64,000 nucleotides of DNA from Lama guanicoe (taxonomy: Eukaryota): contig MU053559.1 in the NCBI GenBank assembly GCA_013239625.1, positions 3,722,607 to 3,786,606 of the forward strand, read 5' to 3'. The first letter of the stretch is position 1; every line of letters starts with the position of its first letter. Below the pieces are notes generated by a model, which worked only from the letters and a program-made list of their open reading frames with translations, did no database searches and was not told the DNA's origin. The position numbers and the translations under genes were made by a program. Shown one piece after another: positions 41,135 to 56,200 of this stretch.

Positions 41135-42072
41135 ACTCATTTGTTCATTCAACGTCTATATTTTCAGCTGCTAGAAGGTACCAGGTACTGTTCAAGGACC
41201 TTCTGCTATATCAGTGGACAAAACAGAGAATCCTGCTCTCAAGGAGCTTTCATGCAACAGGAAGCAACAGAAAATGAATCACAAACATAATAAATATCTT
41301 AGAAGTTGATAACAATGAAAAAGAAAAAAACTAGAGTGGGACAAGGCAGATTGCAGAGGACAGAAGGAAAGATTTCAACTTAAAAGACAAGGGACATGCA
41401 GGCCTCCTTGAAAAGGTGGTATTTGCGTCAAGACTTGAAGGAAGTGAGGGAGTTATCCATATGCATATTTGAGACAAGAGCATTCCTGGCAGAAAGAAGA
41501 ACCAGTGCAAAGATTCTAAGGCAGAAGTGTGCATGGTGTGTTCAAGAAACACGGGCCAGCATGGCTAGAACTGAGTAAGCAAGGAAAAGAGAATTGGAGA
41601 TGAGGTTAGAGAAGTCACGAGGTTGGGGGGTGGGGTGCAGATCATGGAAAGTCTCACAAGGCATTGTAAGGACACTGGCTTTTACCCTGAGTGAGAAGGG
41701 GAGCCTTTGGAAGGTTTTGAGCAGAGAAGTGCCAAGATCTGATTGAATTTGAAAGGCTCATTCTGGCTGCTGCATTAGACTAGATTATAGGGGGCAAGGG
41801 TGATAGCAGAAAAATTAGTTAAGAGGCTATTGCAATAATCTGCCCTAGGGATGATGGTGGCTCCCACCAGGTGGTAGCCGTGGAAGTGGAGGGAAGGGTT
41901 CAATTCTGGATATATTTTGAAGGCAGAGCCAAAAGAATTTCCTGACAAAATGCATGTGGTGCCTCACAGTGTTGGACATGACTCAGATTTTTTGGGAGTT
42001 GCCGTCCTTCCTTATGGGGAAGGCTGGTGGAACGGCATTCCTGATGAAGAAGATAAGAAATTCAGTTTGAGT
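41135..42072. mobile_element. L2 LINE remnant
   Basis: cattcattc-type terminus and purine-rich L2 phrases such as gagcctttggaaggttttgagcagagaagtg. Confidence 0.7.
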
Positions 42073-42612
42073 GAACAAGTTTCTACTGTAGAGCACAGGG
42101 AACTATATTCAATATCTTGTAATAACCTATAATGAAAAGAATATGAAAAGGAATATATGTATGTGCATGTATGACTGAAACATTATGCTGTACACCAGAA
42201 ACTGACACAACATTGTAAACTGACTATACCTCAATAAAAAAAAATTTTGACTTCTGCTATTCAAAAGACAATATTAGAAGAAGAACACAAATGAACTTAT
42301 CTACAAAACAGAAACAGACTCACAGACATAGAGAACAAATGTATGGTTACCAGGGGGAAAGGAGGTAGGAAGGAATAAATTGGGAGTTCGAGATTTGCAG
42401 ATACTAACTACTATTTATAAAATAGATAAACAACATGGTCCTGCTGTATAGCACAGGGAACTATATTCAATATCTTTCAGTAACCTATAATGAAAAATAT
42501 GAAAAGAATATGTGTATGTACATGTATGATTGAAGCATTATGCTGTACACCAGAAATTGACACAACATTGTAGACTGGCTATGCTTCAATAAAAAGAAAA
42601 GAAAGAAAGAAA
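42073..42612 (+). mobile_element. Two tandem L1 3'-UTR fragments inserted in an L2 remnant
   Basis: Two copies of gcacagggaactatattcaatatc...gacacaacattgta..ctg.ctat..ctcaataaaa. Confidence 0.82.
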
Positions 42613-44288
42613 AAGAAATTTGGTTTGGATGTGTTCAGTTTGAGATGTCTGTTCAACACCCAGGAGATCTGCACATTTCAACTTCCATGACAGGGCAGCA
42701 CAGTATGTTTTATTCAGCATTTTACTTATTTCAAGAGGGAGAGTCTATCAGGGTTTCCATTCTGCCACAATGCCAGAAATGAAATGTTCCTTTGACTTTT
42801 TTACTCTGTCCCTCATATAATCTTAACGTTCCCTTTTACAAATTACTGGTGCTGTCCTCCAAAACTTCTCTAGTCTCCAACATCCTTTTTAAGATATGAA
42901 GAACAAGGCTGGAGTCAGTACTCCAACAAATTCAACTAAGATGACAAGAGAACTCTTGGGAGTTTCCAAACATGATGCCTTTAGAACACTGACATTAAAG
43001 TAAATAATCCTGAGTGAAGTAATAAAAAGCCCGAGGCATTTTACAGAATGTTTCTTTATAAAGTCGAAACATTTGAAAGGAAGTGCCCCATGTTCACCAT
43101 GAAGATACTAGGAACTGTAACATCACATTTTGCTATGTTGCCCCTCAGTCTTTAGGATCTTGATTTTGATCTCATGACAGCCTTGGAAGAGGCCACAAAC
43201 ACGCAACTATATTAGGAAAAAAAATACACCATCCCTTTGGTAGCCTTGCAGGCATTTCAACTTCATTACTTTGGTCCCGAAGAATTATGGAGGAATCACA
43301 CTAGGAAAAATTGGGAAGTTCTGAACCAGTAGAAGATCTGTCTTAACAGCTGCCAAGCAACAATATCAAATTTGTCATTTTTGTACTTAAAGATCCAGAG
43401 TGATTTCTATGGCATCTCCTCCCCAAATTATCCTAATTGATTATGCCAGTGAAAGGACTGTAACAATATTCAATTCAGTTTCTGATTAAATACAATTTCT
43501 GGCCCTGCTTTGTAGAGCCCCCCACCCCGTTTTTCTCCTTCTATTCATTTGAAATCTTACAGATGTCAAGTCCTAGTTTCTAAGCATTTCAGAGTTCCTT
43601 TCTCACATACCTAGAGGAAATTTTAATATTATGCTTAATACACAATACTTCCTGTATGGTGCTGATATATATAAATGATGCAGCATGAACAAGCAGCCTG
43701 GGGTAAGAACATAGATGGGGGTAAGCATGTTGGAATTCTCATTTCCCTTATACAAAGAAATGTGTTCTTAACTGAAAAATCTGTAACATGACTGATGCTC
43801 CTATTTAATAATCAAAAAGTTTGAGAGATAAGAAAAGGAGGGCTAAGGGACAACTTAATAACTATCTCCAAAATGAAGGAATATTTTTCAGAAACTGACA
43901 GGAGAATTATATCTAATAAGGTCAAACAAGCAGAATATGCAATCCTTCTTTTGCACTATAACACACTGCTTTCAATTAGAACTTGAAGGGAGGGAGCTTC
44001 AAGTACATTTAGATTATATCTCACCACCCAGATGAGAAAACTGAGATGTAAAGCACTAAAAGTACTTACCCAGGGTAAGAAAGTGTGGCAAGCCAGAAAA
44101 GGGGCCCGAATCCCAGTCTCCTTACTCCCAAACCAACAGCCTCCCAGCGGACAACATCTGAGGCAATGCTCAGAAATCCTCCAAATGCATTAATCTGGAT
44201 TTACATTAATTTAAAGCAAGCAAGCAAACATACACCAAAGAGCAGCACTTATGTAGTGTCCTCAAGGGATCGTGTCAAAATGTAGTAT

Positions 44289-44435
44289 GGTGAGGGGTGG
44301 GGGGTGCGGAGAGAGGACAGCTCAGTAGAAGAGTGTGTGTTTAGCATGCACGAAGTCCTGGGTTCAATCCTCAGTACCGCCATTAAAAAATGAAATAAAT
44401 AAATAAACCTAATTACGTCTCCCCCAAACAAAACA
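44289..44435 (+). mobile_element. tRNA-derived SINE (Vic-1-like), inserted in a MER5-like hAT remnant
   Basis: AGCTCAGTAG...GGTTCAATCC and the same 3' tail as the other copies; imperfect TSD aaaatg(t/c)ag(t/c)at. Confidence 0.8.
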
Positions 44436-46215
44436 AAAATGCAGCATCAGATTCAGCAGGTCTGGGACAGGGCCTGAGATTCTGCATTTCTATCAAGCTC
44501 CAGGGTGATTCTGAGGCTGCTGGCCCACTGGACACTTAGAGCTGAGCAAAGTGACAACAGGCCTATGATACAACCCTGTATTAACTAAAAAGGCAGGAAG
44601 TGAATGACAGAAGGGGAGCCTGGTTTGGTGTGACTGAAAGAGCAGGTGCAATATCCTAGTTCAGATGTTGCTGGATGGCTACTTCGTATCCATTTGTATT
44701 CCCTTTCCCATGCCTGCTTCTTTTATGCCGCCTGGAGATGTTAAATACTTGCTTTCTCAGGCTCCCAAGGAGCCAAGGGTAGCTATGTGCCCCAATTCTG
44801 GCCAAGGAGACTAAAGCAAATGTCTGCTGGGGTCTTCTGGTAAAGGAAAAGCTTTGTTGCAGGTAAGACTTGGGCCGCCTCTTCACGCTCTTTCCTGCCA
44901 TGAATGAGGACTTGATGCTGAGGGATGCTGCAACCATCTGGTTACCACTAGGCAATAAGCCAACAGGCAAAGAATGGTGGAGCAGAGAGACAGAAAGAGC
45001 CTAAAGCCTTGATGACAAAGCTGAATCCTTGCACCAACTTAAACTACTTCCCCCAGGCTGCTTCTTATGTAAAATAATTAAGTGTTTGTACTGCTTAAGC
45101 CATTGTTATTGTCACCGAATAAGGCATTCTGTTCTAAGTCTGATGCATCTCCTAATTAGCCAGATGCTTCCTCTCCCTCCAGTCACTTCAACAGTCTGGT
45201 TTTGTCCTTACTGCCAATCCCCAGCCTCTGACACTCTATTTGTGTGCTCCAGCAAAGGGTCTCATTAGTGACCTTCTAACTGCCAAACACAAGGGCCTCT
45301 TCTCAGCCTTCATCCTGTTAGATGTCCCTGGCATTTGATTTTATTTAGACTCCCTTCCTCTCCTCTGCTGATTTTCATGTCACTGCTCTAATCTGGTCTT
45401 CTTCCTCTGCCTCCACTGCTTCTCTCTGGCTCCTCTGCCTCTGCCTGCCCCTCCCCCTAAATTTGCATGTTCCCCAAACTTCCATCTTTGTCCCTATTTC
45501 CTTCCCACCCTACATCTCCCTATGTACTCTCATCAGTTCCCACAGATTCAACAACCTGCACCCATTTCTTTAAGTAGCAGTAAAGTACTAGTTAGCCTGT
45601 ATTTTTCCAGAATGGTGATGTAAGCCTTAGTATGAAAAGGCAGTGATGGAGCAAGAACTGGGCTTCCTTCTCATGTCTCATTGACCTTATGTGAGCAAAG
45701 AGGCTCTCTGGCAGCAGCACACCTCTTAGGGAACAAGGAATAAGGAAAAAGTTACCCAGAAATATGTTACATTTGCTTCTGCTTACTGTAGTCACACTTC
45801 TTTTAAGTTGTGTATCCTTGGATAAATAAACAACGAATGTGTACTAAGCATGTATGAATTAAATGTGTGTGTGTGTTGTGAGTATATAGTCACTTAAAGT
45901 CCAGCCAAACTATAATCCCAACTGAGACACTACGTACTCTTATTTAGGTCTTTAGTATGGAAATTATGACACCGTGTTGCAGTTATCTGTTCATGTTTTT
46001 TTCCTTCATTAGAATGTAAGCTACTGAAGGTCAGAGGCTGTCACTCTTTGGTGGGTGTTTGTTGAAAAGAATAGCCATTTAATGCAGGAGTTTAGGGCTA
46101 TGGGGGACAAATGGCTTAACTACATGAACTCTTGAGATTCCCTCTAGCTCTGTGACCTCCAATGACCCCACTTCTAGTTCATGAGATTTTATACGCAAGT
46201 ATTAAAATTATTTAC

Positions 46216-46310
46216 CCTCACTGTATATGTTCTTCCTCCAACTCTGTCCCGAGCTTCTAAAACCAAAACATTAACTCCATGTTCATTTAAGAGTTTGGCA
46301 GCAGACAATC
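46216..46310 (-). CDS. MAOA: MAOA exon 2 ([31 protein letters not shown])
   Basis: Hand translation; 95 nt; acceptor TTTTAG, donor GTAAAT. Not in the ORF track. Confidence 0.97.
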
Positions 46311-47410
46311 CTAAAAGGAAAAAATAGGAGAACAAAATCGAGGAACATATTAATATCTAAATGTGAAACAGCCACGATTTAACCAAAGCCTGCATATAAT
46401 ATAAATGCAGGGCATCATACACAATTCATTGATTTTGCTGTCTATCTAGTAAATTCTGACCACACTGTGATTCACTGAGCCACCAATTGTATAGTCTATC
46501 GTATATTACATTGTCTATCATAATTTTATTTTCTATCATAAGGTTGGCTGAAAAAAAAGTGATAATTATTAAAATATAGATTTTTGGTTTACTGATAATC
46601 AAATCATATTTAAGAGAATTTGTTGAACACCTAATCAGTCCTTATTATGCCCGTCTTCAAGAAATCCTGATTGTATGAACAGAAGTATGTTTTCTTGGAA
46701 TCTTCTCCCAGCTACTTCAGCTCCCAGTATACCTGTCCTTTTCTTAATTTAAACCCCTCGCCATCATAATTGCCTATTATTTATATCTGGATTACATGCT
46801 TGCTTGATCTTGTTTTCCCCACTAGATTCAAAGTTATCAAAGGCAAGAACCATGTTTCATACTTTATTTATTGGCTCATAGCTGAGTACAGGCTTTCACC
46901 CATGAATAAAAACTTTCATAAAAGTTAAACCCAGCTTAGTAACACCAGAAAGTAGAGGAAAATGTTGTGGATTAACATTATATCAAGGGTGCATGCTGTC
47001 AGCATGACTTATCACTGATGTTAATCTTGATCACCTGGTAGAGGTAGTCTTTGGCAGGTCTCTCCACCGAAAAGTTACTCTTTTCTTCCCCCTTCCATGC
47101 TACACTCTTTGGAAGGAAGTCTGTGCACAGCCTGCACTTAAAGAGTAGGGAGTTATGTCCTACTTCCCTGAGGGTGGAGGATCGACATAAATTATTTGAA
47201 ATTCTTCTGCCCAGATTTGTCTCTTCTCTCCCATTAATTTTTTTAGTCAATCATTTATTTATATTTTATGGACACATAGATAGTTGTTTTATACTTCGGA
47301 TTATAATCCAATACCATGTTATTCATTCTGTTGTTTGAATTATTACACCTTTGGTCAATGGAAGCTCTTTCAGTTGGCTTCCATGTCCCTTTGACATGCT
47401 TTCATCATTT

Positions 47411-47414
<4 letters not shown>

Positions 47415-47453
<39 letters not shown>
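47415..47453. repeat. (TG)n microsatellite, intron 1
   Basis: Directly visible. Confidence 0.95.
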
Positions 47454-47456
<3 letters not shown>

Positions 47457-50400
47457 AGCACTTCCTTACTTTCTGGTATTATAAGATGTTCCAGGCTTAT
47501 CTTGTCTTTCTCTGCCCAGCCCTAGAATCAGCTATTTCTCTAGGGAGCCTTGGTTATTTTATTGGAGAACAGTATTAGCAACCAAGATCTGGGCTCTATG
47601 TGTGCCCATTTTGAGGTATCATTGATTGTACGATTTCTCAGCTCACAGAGTAAGAAAATGGATGAAGATACACACTTATTTTTAAATCTACACTTTTTAA
47701 CTTAAATTGCTATCTTATACCTAGTTACCTTTACACTATTACAAAAAATATGAAGCTGACTACAGAGATAAATATATTTCGAGGAGAAATAAAAAAGAGA
47801 ATATTAAGGTGAAAGAGAAATAAGACTGACACCAGGGATAAGATTAGTAAAATGATACAAATGATACCCAAATATGTATACAAGTGGTTGAGAAGAGGAA
47901 CTATTGTAAGTGACTTTAAAACCCAGTAACTTGACGGTTCACTTATAATGATATAGATCCTAAAGGCAAAAAGGAACTAGAAACATTATGTTCAGTAATC
48001 ATTTTGTTGGTGCTAGTATCAGTACTGTTATTTTGAGGCCATAATGTATGTAGTATGGAATAAAGCAAATGAGTAATCAGGCTGGTGTCACTGAGATCCA
48101 AGATTTTTGGCATGGGGATAAGGAAATTCAGAAGTAGAAATCTGGGACAGGAAACGTACAAGATGGGTCTGGAACATCAAGTCATACCAGAAAGCTACTA
48201 GGATGGTTACAAAAAGGCTCAGGAACCTACCTACATAAACTCCCACTGGCCAAAGATGGAACAATTTGAGTATCAGATAAAAATAACAACTGTAGTGGCT
48301 TAAATCAATTCATAATAATACTAAACAAACAAATAAAAACTCTTATTGGTCACCTTTGGAGAATGCTAAGGAACCAACTTATCATTAAAAAAAAAAAAGA
48401 ATTTGACATTCATCCTCCCTTCCCTATTTGCACCAAACCTCGAAGCAACCAAATAGCTAACAAAGGGAGGTTTCCCTGTATAAAAGCATGCTAGCTAATA
48501 AATGAAGACAGAATAGAATATCAGCATTTTACAACCCCTAATGAATTAACAGATTCAGTGCAATGACTGTCAACAGCTGCTAACATGACGGGAAAAAAAG
48601 AGAAAGAGATAACCAGATGTTACCTGCCTCCTAATGAAAGCAGATACCACCATGTATGAAGTAGTGAGGAAGGAAGAAAGGGGAGAAAGGGAAGGAGCAA
48701 ATAAACTAAATGCTAATGTGATCAAGCCTCTAGATCTGATACTTAGGGGCCAGAGAAACATGTTAATACCACTGGGATGCAATCAATAAAACCAGATTGT
48801 AAGAAATTATACAAGAGTACTCTGGGGTTTTTTTTTCTTCAAACAACTTGCCTACTCCTGCTCCTGCTCTCTCCTCTTTATACTTCACCAGCTTTTCCTA
48901 TAATAAACCGCTTACACCACTAGTTCTGTCTTGATGTCTGCTCTCAGAGGACACAGACTGACACAGTATTTTGTTCATATACAGAATGGCATGAAATATA
49001 TGTAGCCAGAATCAAAAATGAGTTTGTGTCTATCAGATTTAAAACACAGGGAGGCTAAACCATAATAGCCAGCACTGCTATCTGCTAATGTTTGTAATGC
49101 ACTTTTGACTCCTTCAAGTACAGTGTGCCCTTATATTGATGATACCCATCCAAGATTTAGCTATGCAATAAATCTTTGCAATCTGCTCACAAAGAAAGGC
49201 ATCCCATGACAGTTTAAATAAATGCAAAGCAGTGTCTGCAAACCTTGGCGCAATGTGTTTTCTGGGCCAGGGCCAAAGGCTTCTTATGCTGACCATCATT
49301 TTTAAAAAAGGATGGTGTGATGAAAAACATATTTGTACATAAATCTCTGTTCTCATGTCTGACTATTTCCGTAGGATCAAGTCCTAGAAAGGAGATTATT
49401 TGGTCAAAAGATATGAATGTCTTTTAGGCTCAAAGTACCACTCTACATTTAAAAGCAGAGAAGCTCAGATGCAAAAAGTTTAATTTCTTCCCAGTTCCTC
49501 TTAATCAATCTAACCATAAACCAATTAGATAGATAGAAACACCCTTGGTTTTTACTGGAGTTACTCGGGTGGCTCCTCTTCCAAGGAAGGAGAAACTTGC
49601 CCTCTGCCGAAGTAGAAGCAGAAGTGGCTTTGAATTCCAGCAGCAGTGGGACCTGCAGCGATCCTGCCCCCAGAGGACGCCTCACAGTTTGTTTAGGGCT
49701 TCACATCCTGCAGATCAGCTTCAGATGCCTTTCCTGTTGCCTCTCACAACCATCCTGCGGGATAGATTTCACTATCCCCATATTCCAGATAAGAAAACCA
49801 AGAGCCCGATATGACCACAACAGAGTCTCCCAAAAAGTGAAAAATTTTACTTCTGACACCCTCACTTATAAGGCTGCAGCCTTAATCAAATCGAATGTAA
49901 TGTGTAATTCTAAACAAGTTTGGTGAGTGGGGTTCAGTGCCAATAGTAAATAAACACTAGTCTGGAGGCTAAAGGAGGGGGGAGGTAGGCTAGCTGAGCC
50001 AGGACAAATGACCACACCGATGACAAAGGTCATTTTGCACTTTGGCATTTAAGGATATAAACAAAATTAAAAAGCTGACAAAAATGGTTGTTTCTGCATT
50101 ACAGGAAAATGACTGACCCTATCTCAGCAAAGCAAGTTTAAGCTCTTTGAGAAATACGGAAGATGTTTAAAACATTCAAAAGGGGGTTTGAGAAAAATGG
50201 TTTCAAAAAGGTCTTGGAATTTGAAGGGGGAAGATTTAAGTCATTTAGAAAAATACTTCTCCTAAGATGCTGAATAAATGGGGGGGGGCGGATAATGTTT
50301 TAGTTTGCATGTTTATTGTGAAGAAGACTCTGATAAGGAACTTCCATGGTAATTTAAAGTTAGAAAATGCAGAACATGGAAACGCAATCAAGATGCCATT

Positions 50401-53135
50401 AGAAAAGTTATTTTTGCATAATAACTAATAACTAATTTAGAATAAATAACTCAGTAAGTCATAATCAAAGCACAAGAAAACATGTGCGGTCCAGAAAAGC
50501 TTTTCTAATATATCAACGGTGGCTGTCGGTTGATTCGAATGGAAAAAAAAATAAGATAATGCCTGCATCAAGATGGAAGTCTTGAATTATACTTCTTAAT
50601 TCTATTTATTCTAATTCTATGTATCATTATGCATTCTACCCTCCCCTCCTACTACAAAATCCAATAATCACTTATGGAAAAAAGAACCCTATCTCAAACA
50701 TCAACTCCACAGATTAGTTTAAGGGTTGTTGACATATATTTCAAAATAAATAAATAAAAGACTTTTTTTCTTGGTAAATGGGATAAAATTGTTAGAAAAG
50801 GTTTTTAAGTCTGAAGGTAAGTTACCAAATACAATGTAGCTACTAAACAACAGATTTTATAATCAAATATTTTTTCTTTACATATTTATGAAAAGAGAAA
50901 ATCTCATATTAAACCTCTTTCATCTTGTTCCAAAGAAATATAGATTAGCCAAAGCTAAGAGCATTGTGCATTATAGCTCTTGCTGTCATTCATTTAATGG
51001 CCTCATGAAATCTAGGGCAATAGAAGAATCTAGAGCTCCCACCTACCTCTCTTGGCACCCCACCCCACCCCCAAGATAGGGAAAGGGTTTAACATAGCGG
51101 TATGACGGTAAATGGTTAACAACCATCCCTGGCCTTGGGGGATGGAGAAGACATCCGATTTGCAGTGTTTGGATTTCCATGGTGTATATACATACACTCT
51201 CATCACGGCAGATTTAAACTATCAGTGTGATTACAAGCTACCAATGTGATATTATGAACCTAAAACTGGGAAGAGATGTGTTCAATCAGGATCAGTTCTT
51301 TTAAAATAGTAGAAGCTGGCTCCAACACTGTTAGACCCAGAGACTCTTGGCCTCAGGTCAGAGAGGGGAAGGATAAACAAGTCTGGGAGAGACAGAGTCT
51401 ATGAAATAGGCAAGTGTTTGAGATTTATTGGTTGTAGGGGATGAAAGGCCATCTTGGAAAGGTGTCTAGACTCTCAACTGTCCTTGTGTCTAGTCTTTGA
51501 ATCTCCCAAGGGCATTTGGGAGGAAGAGGTCTAAGAGGGCACTGACAAAATCTCCCTGCCCCTGCTCTGACCAAGAGCTCTCTCTCTCCCAAATCATGGC
51601 TCATTCGGAGGAAAAGAGCCCAGGACTCCCAAATGTCCTATGGTTTTCTGTGACAATAGAGAGTCAGTAGGAGGGAGAAGCTACATTCACAAACAGTTTG
51701 TTAAAGCCCTATTGTGTAAACAAGTATCTGGTCACTTTCAAAATGCAAAAACCTGAAAAAGGGAAAAGAGCAGATCATGGCACAAGCAAATCTTTAATCA
51801 CTTTGCAATTAAGTATTTTAAATAGGGATGATGAGTTTAAAACAATATAATCCTTCTTCTGGTTTTTCTCTCTCTTCAATCATTTGGGTTTTATAGAAAC
51901 CAAAATAAAATAGGTTAATGGCTTTATTAGAGAGGCCTTTAAAAAAAAAGCAAGTCTGCTAAAAGCACACCTCATATGAGAGTTCAGACAATTGTTAATC
52001 CTGGTTATTAGATCAGGAGAGCCTGGGTGAGATGATGTATGCAGCTAGCATCAGTGTTGCCATGGCAACTGCAAACCAAGCTCCAGCTTCTTAAAGCCAC
52101 TGCCCATGGAAACTGTATTTCCACAGATTGCAGGGTTTTCAATGTCCTGAGATGGATACATCCCCATAGAAATAGGAAAGGAAATGATTTAAGCCACATA
52201 GAGCACCTGGAAAAGGAATTAATATCTGCAATGAAGCCCTTGAGGACATGGTCCTTCGCTTCCTGGGCTACAAATTTGTTACCATAGGACCTAGCTTCAC
52301 ACTTACCCCTGCCTTCTCTACCCTGCCAAGGGCCCTTTCCTTTATCTTACTTCTTCAAGGAAGTATAGGAAAATATAGAAATTTGTCCATTTGACTTTTG
52401 CTACCCTTTCCAGTTCAATTTCTGATTCTTCTTCTACAACAAATGATTTGGTGTCTCCACTTCCTTATTAGAACAAACCTTGAAATGTAGTGTATTCCTC
52501 ACAAAAAATGTCCAGTGACCCCACTGTCAATACAAACAAATAATATATAATCATCTTTCACAGTGTGTCTGTCACCCTGCTGTATTTTCTTTCTTAGAAC
52601 ACATCACCACGTGGCACTCTCTATGTATCTGCTGCTTCCCGCCACTGTTACCATAGCCACTCTTGTCCAAACTATTGTGGCCTTTTGCCTTTGTCCAAGG
52701 CAACATGATCTCTTGCCCAGAGATCTGCCTCTTCATGTGTTAGGACCTTCTTGAAAACAGAGGTGTGTTATATACATCGTTGCAACCCTAGAAGAGGGCC
52801 TGCCATGTTACAGGTGCTCAAATGCTTGTTGCAATGAACAGAGGAACTACAACTAAGAAAACAAAACCATGCTCACCTGGGTGAGGGCAATGGGTAAGTT
52901 TCTATGCTACTTAGATTATATCTATTTCAAGCAACTAAGAAAGATTTGGAAGGATAGGGTGTCTAGTCATTTAAATCTTTATGCCCAAGTAAGTTAGCAG
53001 ATTCTAAATACTATTAGTACCTTTTCTGGTCTTTGAATCAGTATTGTGCTTTTTTAGCAAAAGAGAACAGAGAATATCAATGTGCACACAAACTTGTTCC
53101 TGATGCATAGATATATACAATATAACCATTCCTAG

Positions 53136-53200
53136 CTACCTACCTGTCTGTCTACCTATCTATCTACCTACCTACCTACCTATCTATCTATTTACATACC
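53136..53200. repeat. Compound (CTAC/CTGT/CTAT)n tetranucleotide repeat
   Basis: Directly visible. Confidence 0.85.
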
Positions 53201-56200
53201 TGTATTTTGTGCTTCCTTTCAGACAAATATCTGCTTTTGAAAATGCCAAATCTTCAAGTCCCTCTGATAAGCTAAAAAGACAGTACTGTCTCAAATGATA
53301 AATAGATGAAAGCTAACAATTAACTTCAATTTGCCCTGAATTCGACAGACTGGCTGTCTAGACAGTCCCAATTTATTTGATTATTGTTCAGCATTCATCT
53401 TCACTTTAGATAAATGGATCTCACCCAAGTCAGGGAATGCAATTACCCCTTAATTCATTATTTGCCCCATTCTTTCACTGAAAATGAAAACACACCAAGG
53501 GCACTCCACATTGCTGCCCTCGGATTCTGCACACTAGGATGCACTGCGGTTAGGAAGTAATTTCCAAAATATTTTATGTAACCCTAGTCCTCAAGATGCT
53601 CTTGAGGGAAGTATAATGCTCATGAAAGTTGAGGCATATGCTGTTTCTCCTTCTGGGAAATGTATGGTGTACATTGGCATGTTAAAGGCTCTGATAAGTC
53701 CTGCAGTGAAGAGTGTTGTTTAACTTAGCATTTCTCCACCTTTTACCTTTAAAAAAAAACTGTATCTCAAAAAATACACTTTGGGAAAACTAGTTTCATC
53801 TCTTAAAAGACTGTTCAAATATTTACAGTAATAAACTCACCAGGGCAGGGTCCCAAGTGAACAATACCCAGAGGACAAGCTAAGTGTTGAAGCAAAGCTT
53901 TAGTGTAGCTATGGCTTATACTCTGTTGGCTCTCCTAGTTCTTCCTGTTTATTTCTTAAAGTGGCATTTTTTTTCAACTCTGACATCAATTCAACACCAC
54001 CTATGAATGTGTATAGTGTACATCACAGATTAAATATTTTAAGTTAATTTTCTATTATTCAGTGAAGTGATCTCTGGCCGACAGAATTCTTACATAACTG
54101 CACACTTGGACTCTTGGACTGAATACTTTGAGGAAAATAAAAAGTACAGTCAAACATCAATTCATACTGAAGTTTTAGAAGCAATGTTCCCAAAGCAGGA
54201 AAACAACAAAAACCATAAATTTTGCTCAAAGCACATGGTGAGCACCCAATCACCAAGTATTTATTGAATGAATAAATAAATGAATGAATGAAGAATATGT
54301 GTAGACATGCAAGAAAAAGATCTTTAACTTAAGCCACAGCTCACAGCCAACTCATTTAATCTGTAAAAAAGTCACCTTAAAGGTCATCTTTGTTACACAC
54401 TGGAATTTATCCAAAATCTATAGTATTTCTGTCCAGCATTATTTCCTCTATGAAATCTTTCCTGTCTGTCACTTTCCTTTTTCCTTCTCTGTGCCACCAC
54501 TGAACCCTGAACCAACTTCAAACACCAAGAGCAGGTAGGTTCATAACCCCCACTACATAGGGGGCCCTATGCCTTACACAGTCACTGGAGAGACAAATGG
54601 ACTAACAGATAAACTGGAGAACTTAACTCTTCCATTTGGGCCTGAATTTTGTCAGATGCCTTCAGTGACCTTTATAAGTTATTACAAATGCATATTAAAT
54701 CAGAAATGTATATTTATCATCAATGGCTTCACTCCAATATGTAAAATCTGTAAACACCAATCTTAGAAAACAATTTAAAAATCACATTGACCCCCACAGC
54801 CTTCCATTTTCTTCATCAATGTTGTCTCCCCAAATTTTTTCTTTTCAAAACATGGCGGGTTCACTGTTCTATTTATCATGGCCTTAGTGCAGGAAATTCT
54901 GGTCCCTTATTTTTAAGCCTAGATGTCTTGACTGTTTCTATTATTGTCTATTTACATATTCATTACTGGCAACTGTCTAATGACCTAAGGAATCCTTTGA
55001 ATTCTTATTTTTCAGTACTTCTGTGAAATCTCAGTATCAGCCCCAAGTCTTTACAGTGACAATGAAGAGGTTTCCATAACATTAGTTGCTGGCCTGCTGC
55101 AGGGAAAAAAAAAGTCTATGTGCAAACACATTCCTTTTTTTTTTTTTTTTGGATTCATCAGATATTCAAAGGGACACTTGCTCCAAAAGGTTAAGAACAA
55201 CTGATCTAAACTATTTAAACAAGGAAATAAATTCAAAAAGGAAATAAATTCTTCATATGAAAGGCATCTGACCTAATAAGATGCTTAAGATTTTTAAATT
55301 TAAATGTTCATGAAGCAGTAACATGCCATGTAATACATTCTAAAATATAAATTACTGTGAAAAAACAATCACTAGGTTTTAGATATTAACCTCAAAGTAA
55401 AGCAATAATAAAGTTTACTACAGTTCTCTGAACAAGCCTATTAAGCAAGTCTACTGGGGGGCGGGGTACGATCCAAGGTCAAGTTATGCCACTGAGAATT
55501 TTGTAGCGTTAGGTTATTCACTTGACCCTCCCGAGCCTCTATTTTGGTCCCTTTGAGCTCTAACAGGTTGCAATTCTGTGACCCTTGAACATGGTGAATA
55601 TGTAATTAACTCAACTCTCAAAGCTTATCATCTGGTTTTAAAATTCTTATTGACATTGTTACCTAATAAATCAATTAAATATTGCTATAAAGTGGGGTTT
55701 GTTTACTTTGGCCTAGCACCTACTAGAACAGGGCTTTTAAACTAAGGCTCCTCTGAATCATAGACAAGGTGTGAATGAGCACTTGTAAGAGAGACCCAGA
55801 TTCTGATTTAAGTTAGTATAGGATGTCAGTATGCGAGGTGATGCAAGCCACTTTAAGAATACTACATGGAAGGAAAAAAAGTGTTGAGGAGGGGGTCCAA
55901 AAAAAAAAGCTGAAGAGACAGACCTTTAGGAAGCCGATTACTTAAAAAGATACTCGAAGATTATCACGTATATCTTAATCCAACCTCTGATTTTACAGAC
56001 GACAGAACTGTGGTTCAAAGATCTTCAGCTGCCCTAGTCCATAACATAATCAAGAATAGAGCATCCAAAGGAAAATACAAATTGCTGGTCAAACTGTAAA
56101 ATATTTTTCAAACAAAAGGATACAGCAGTCCTAACAAACACCTTGTCTCAAATGCTTCCAACATTTAAAAATGTAACTAGACTTCTTCTGATTCACTCTG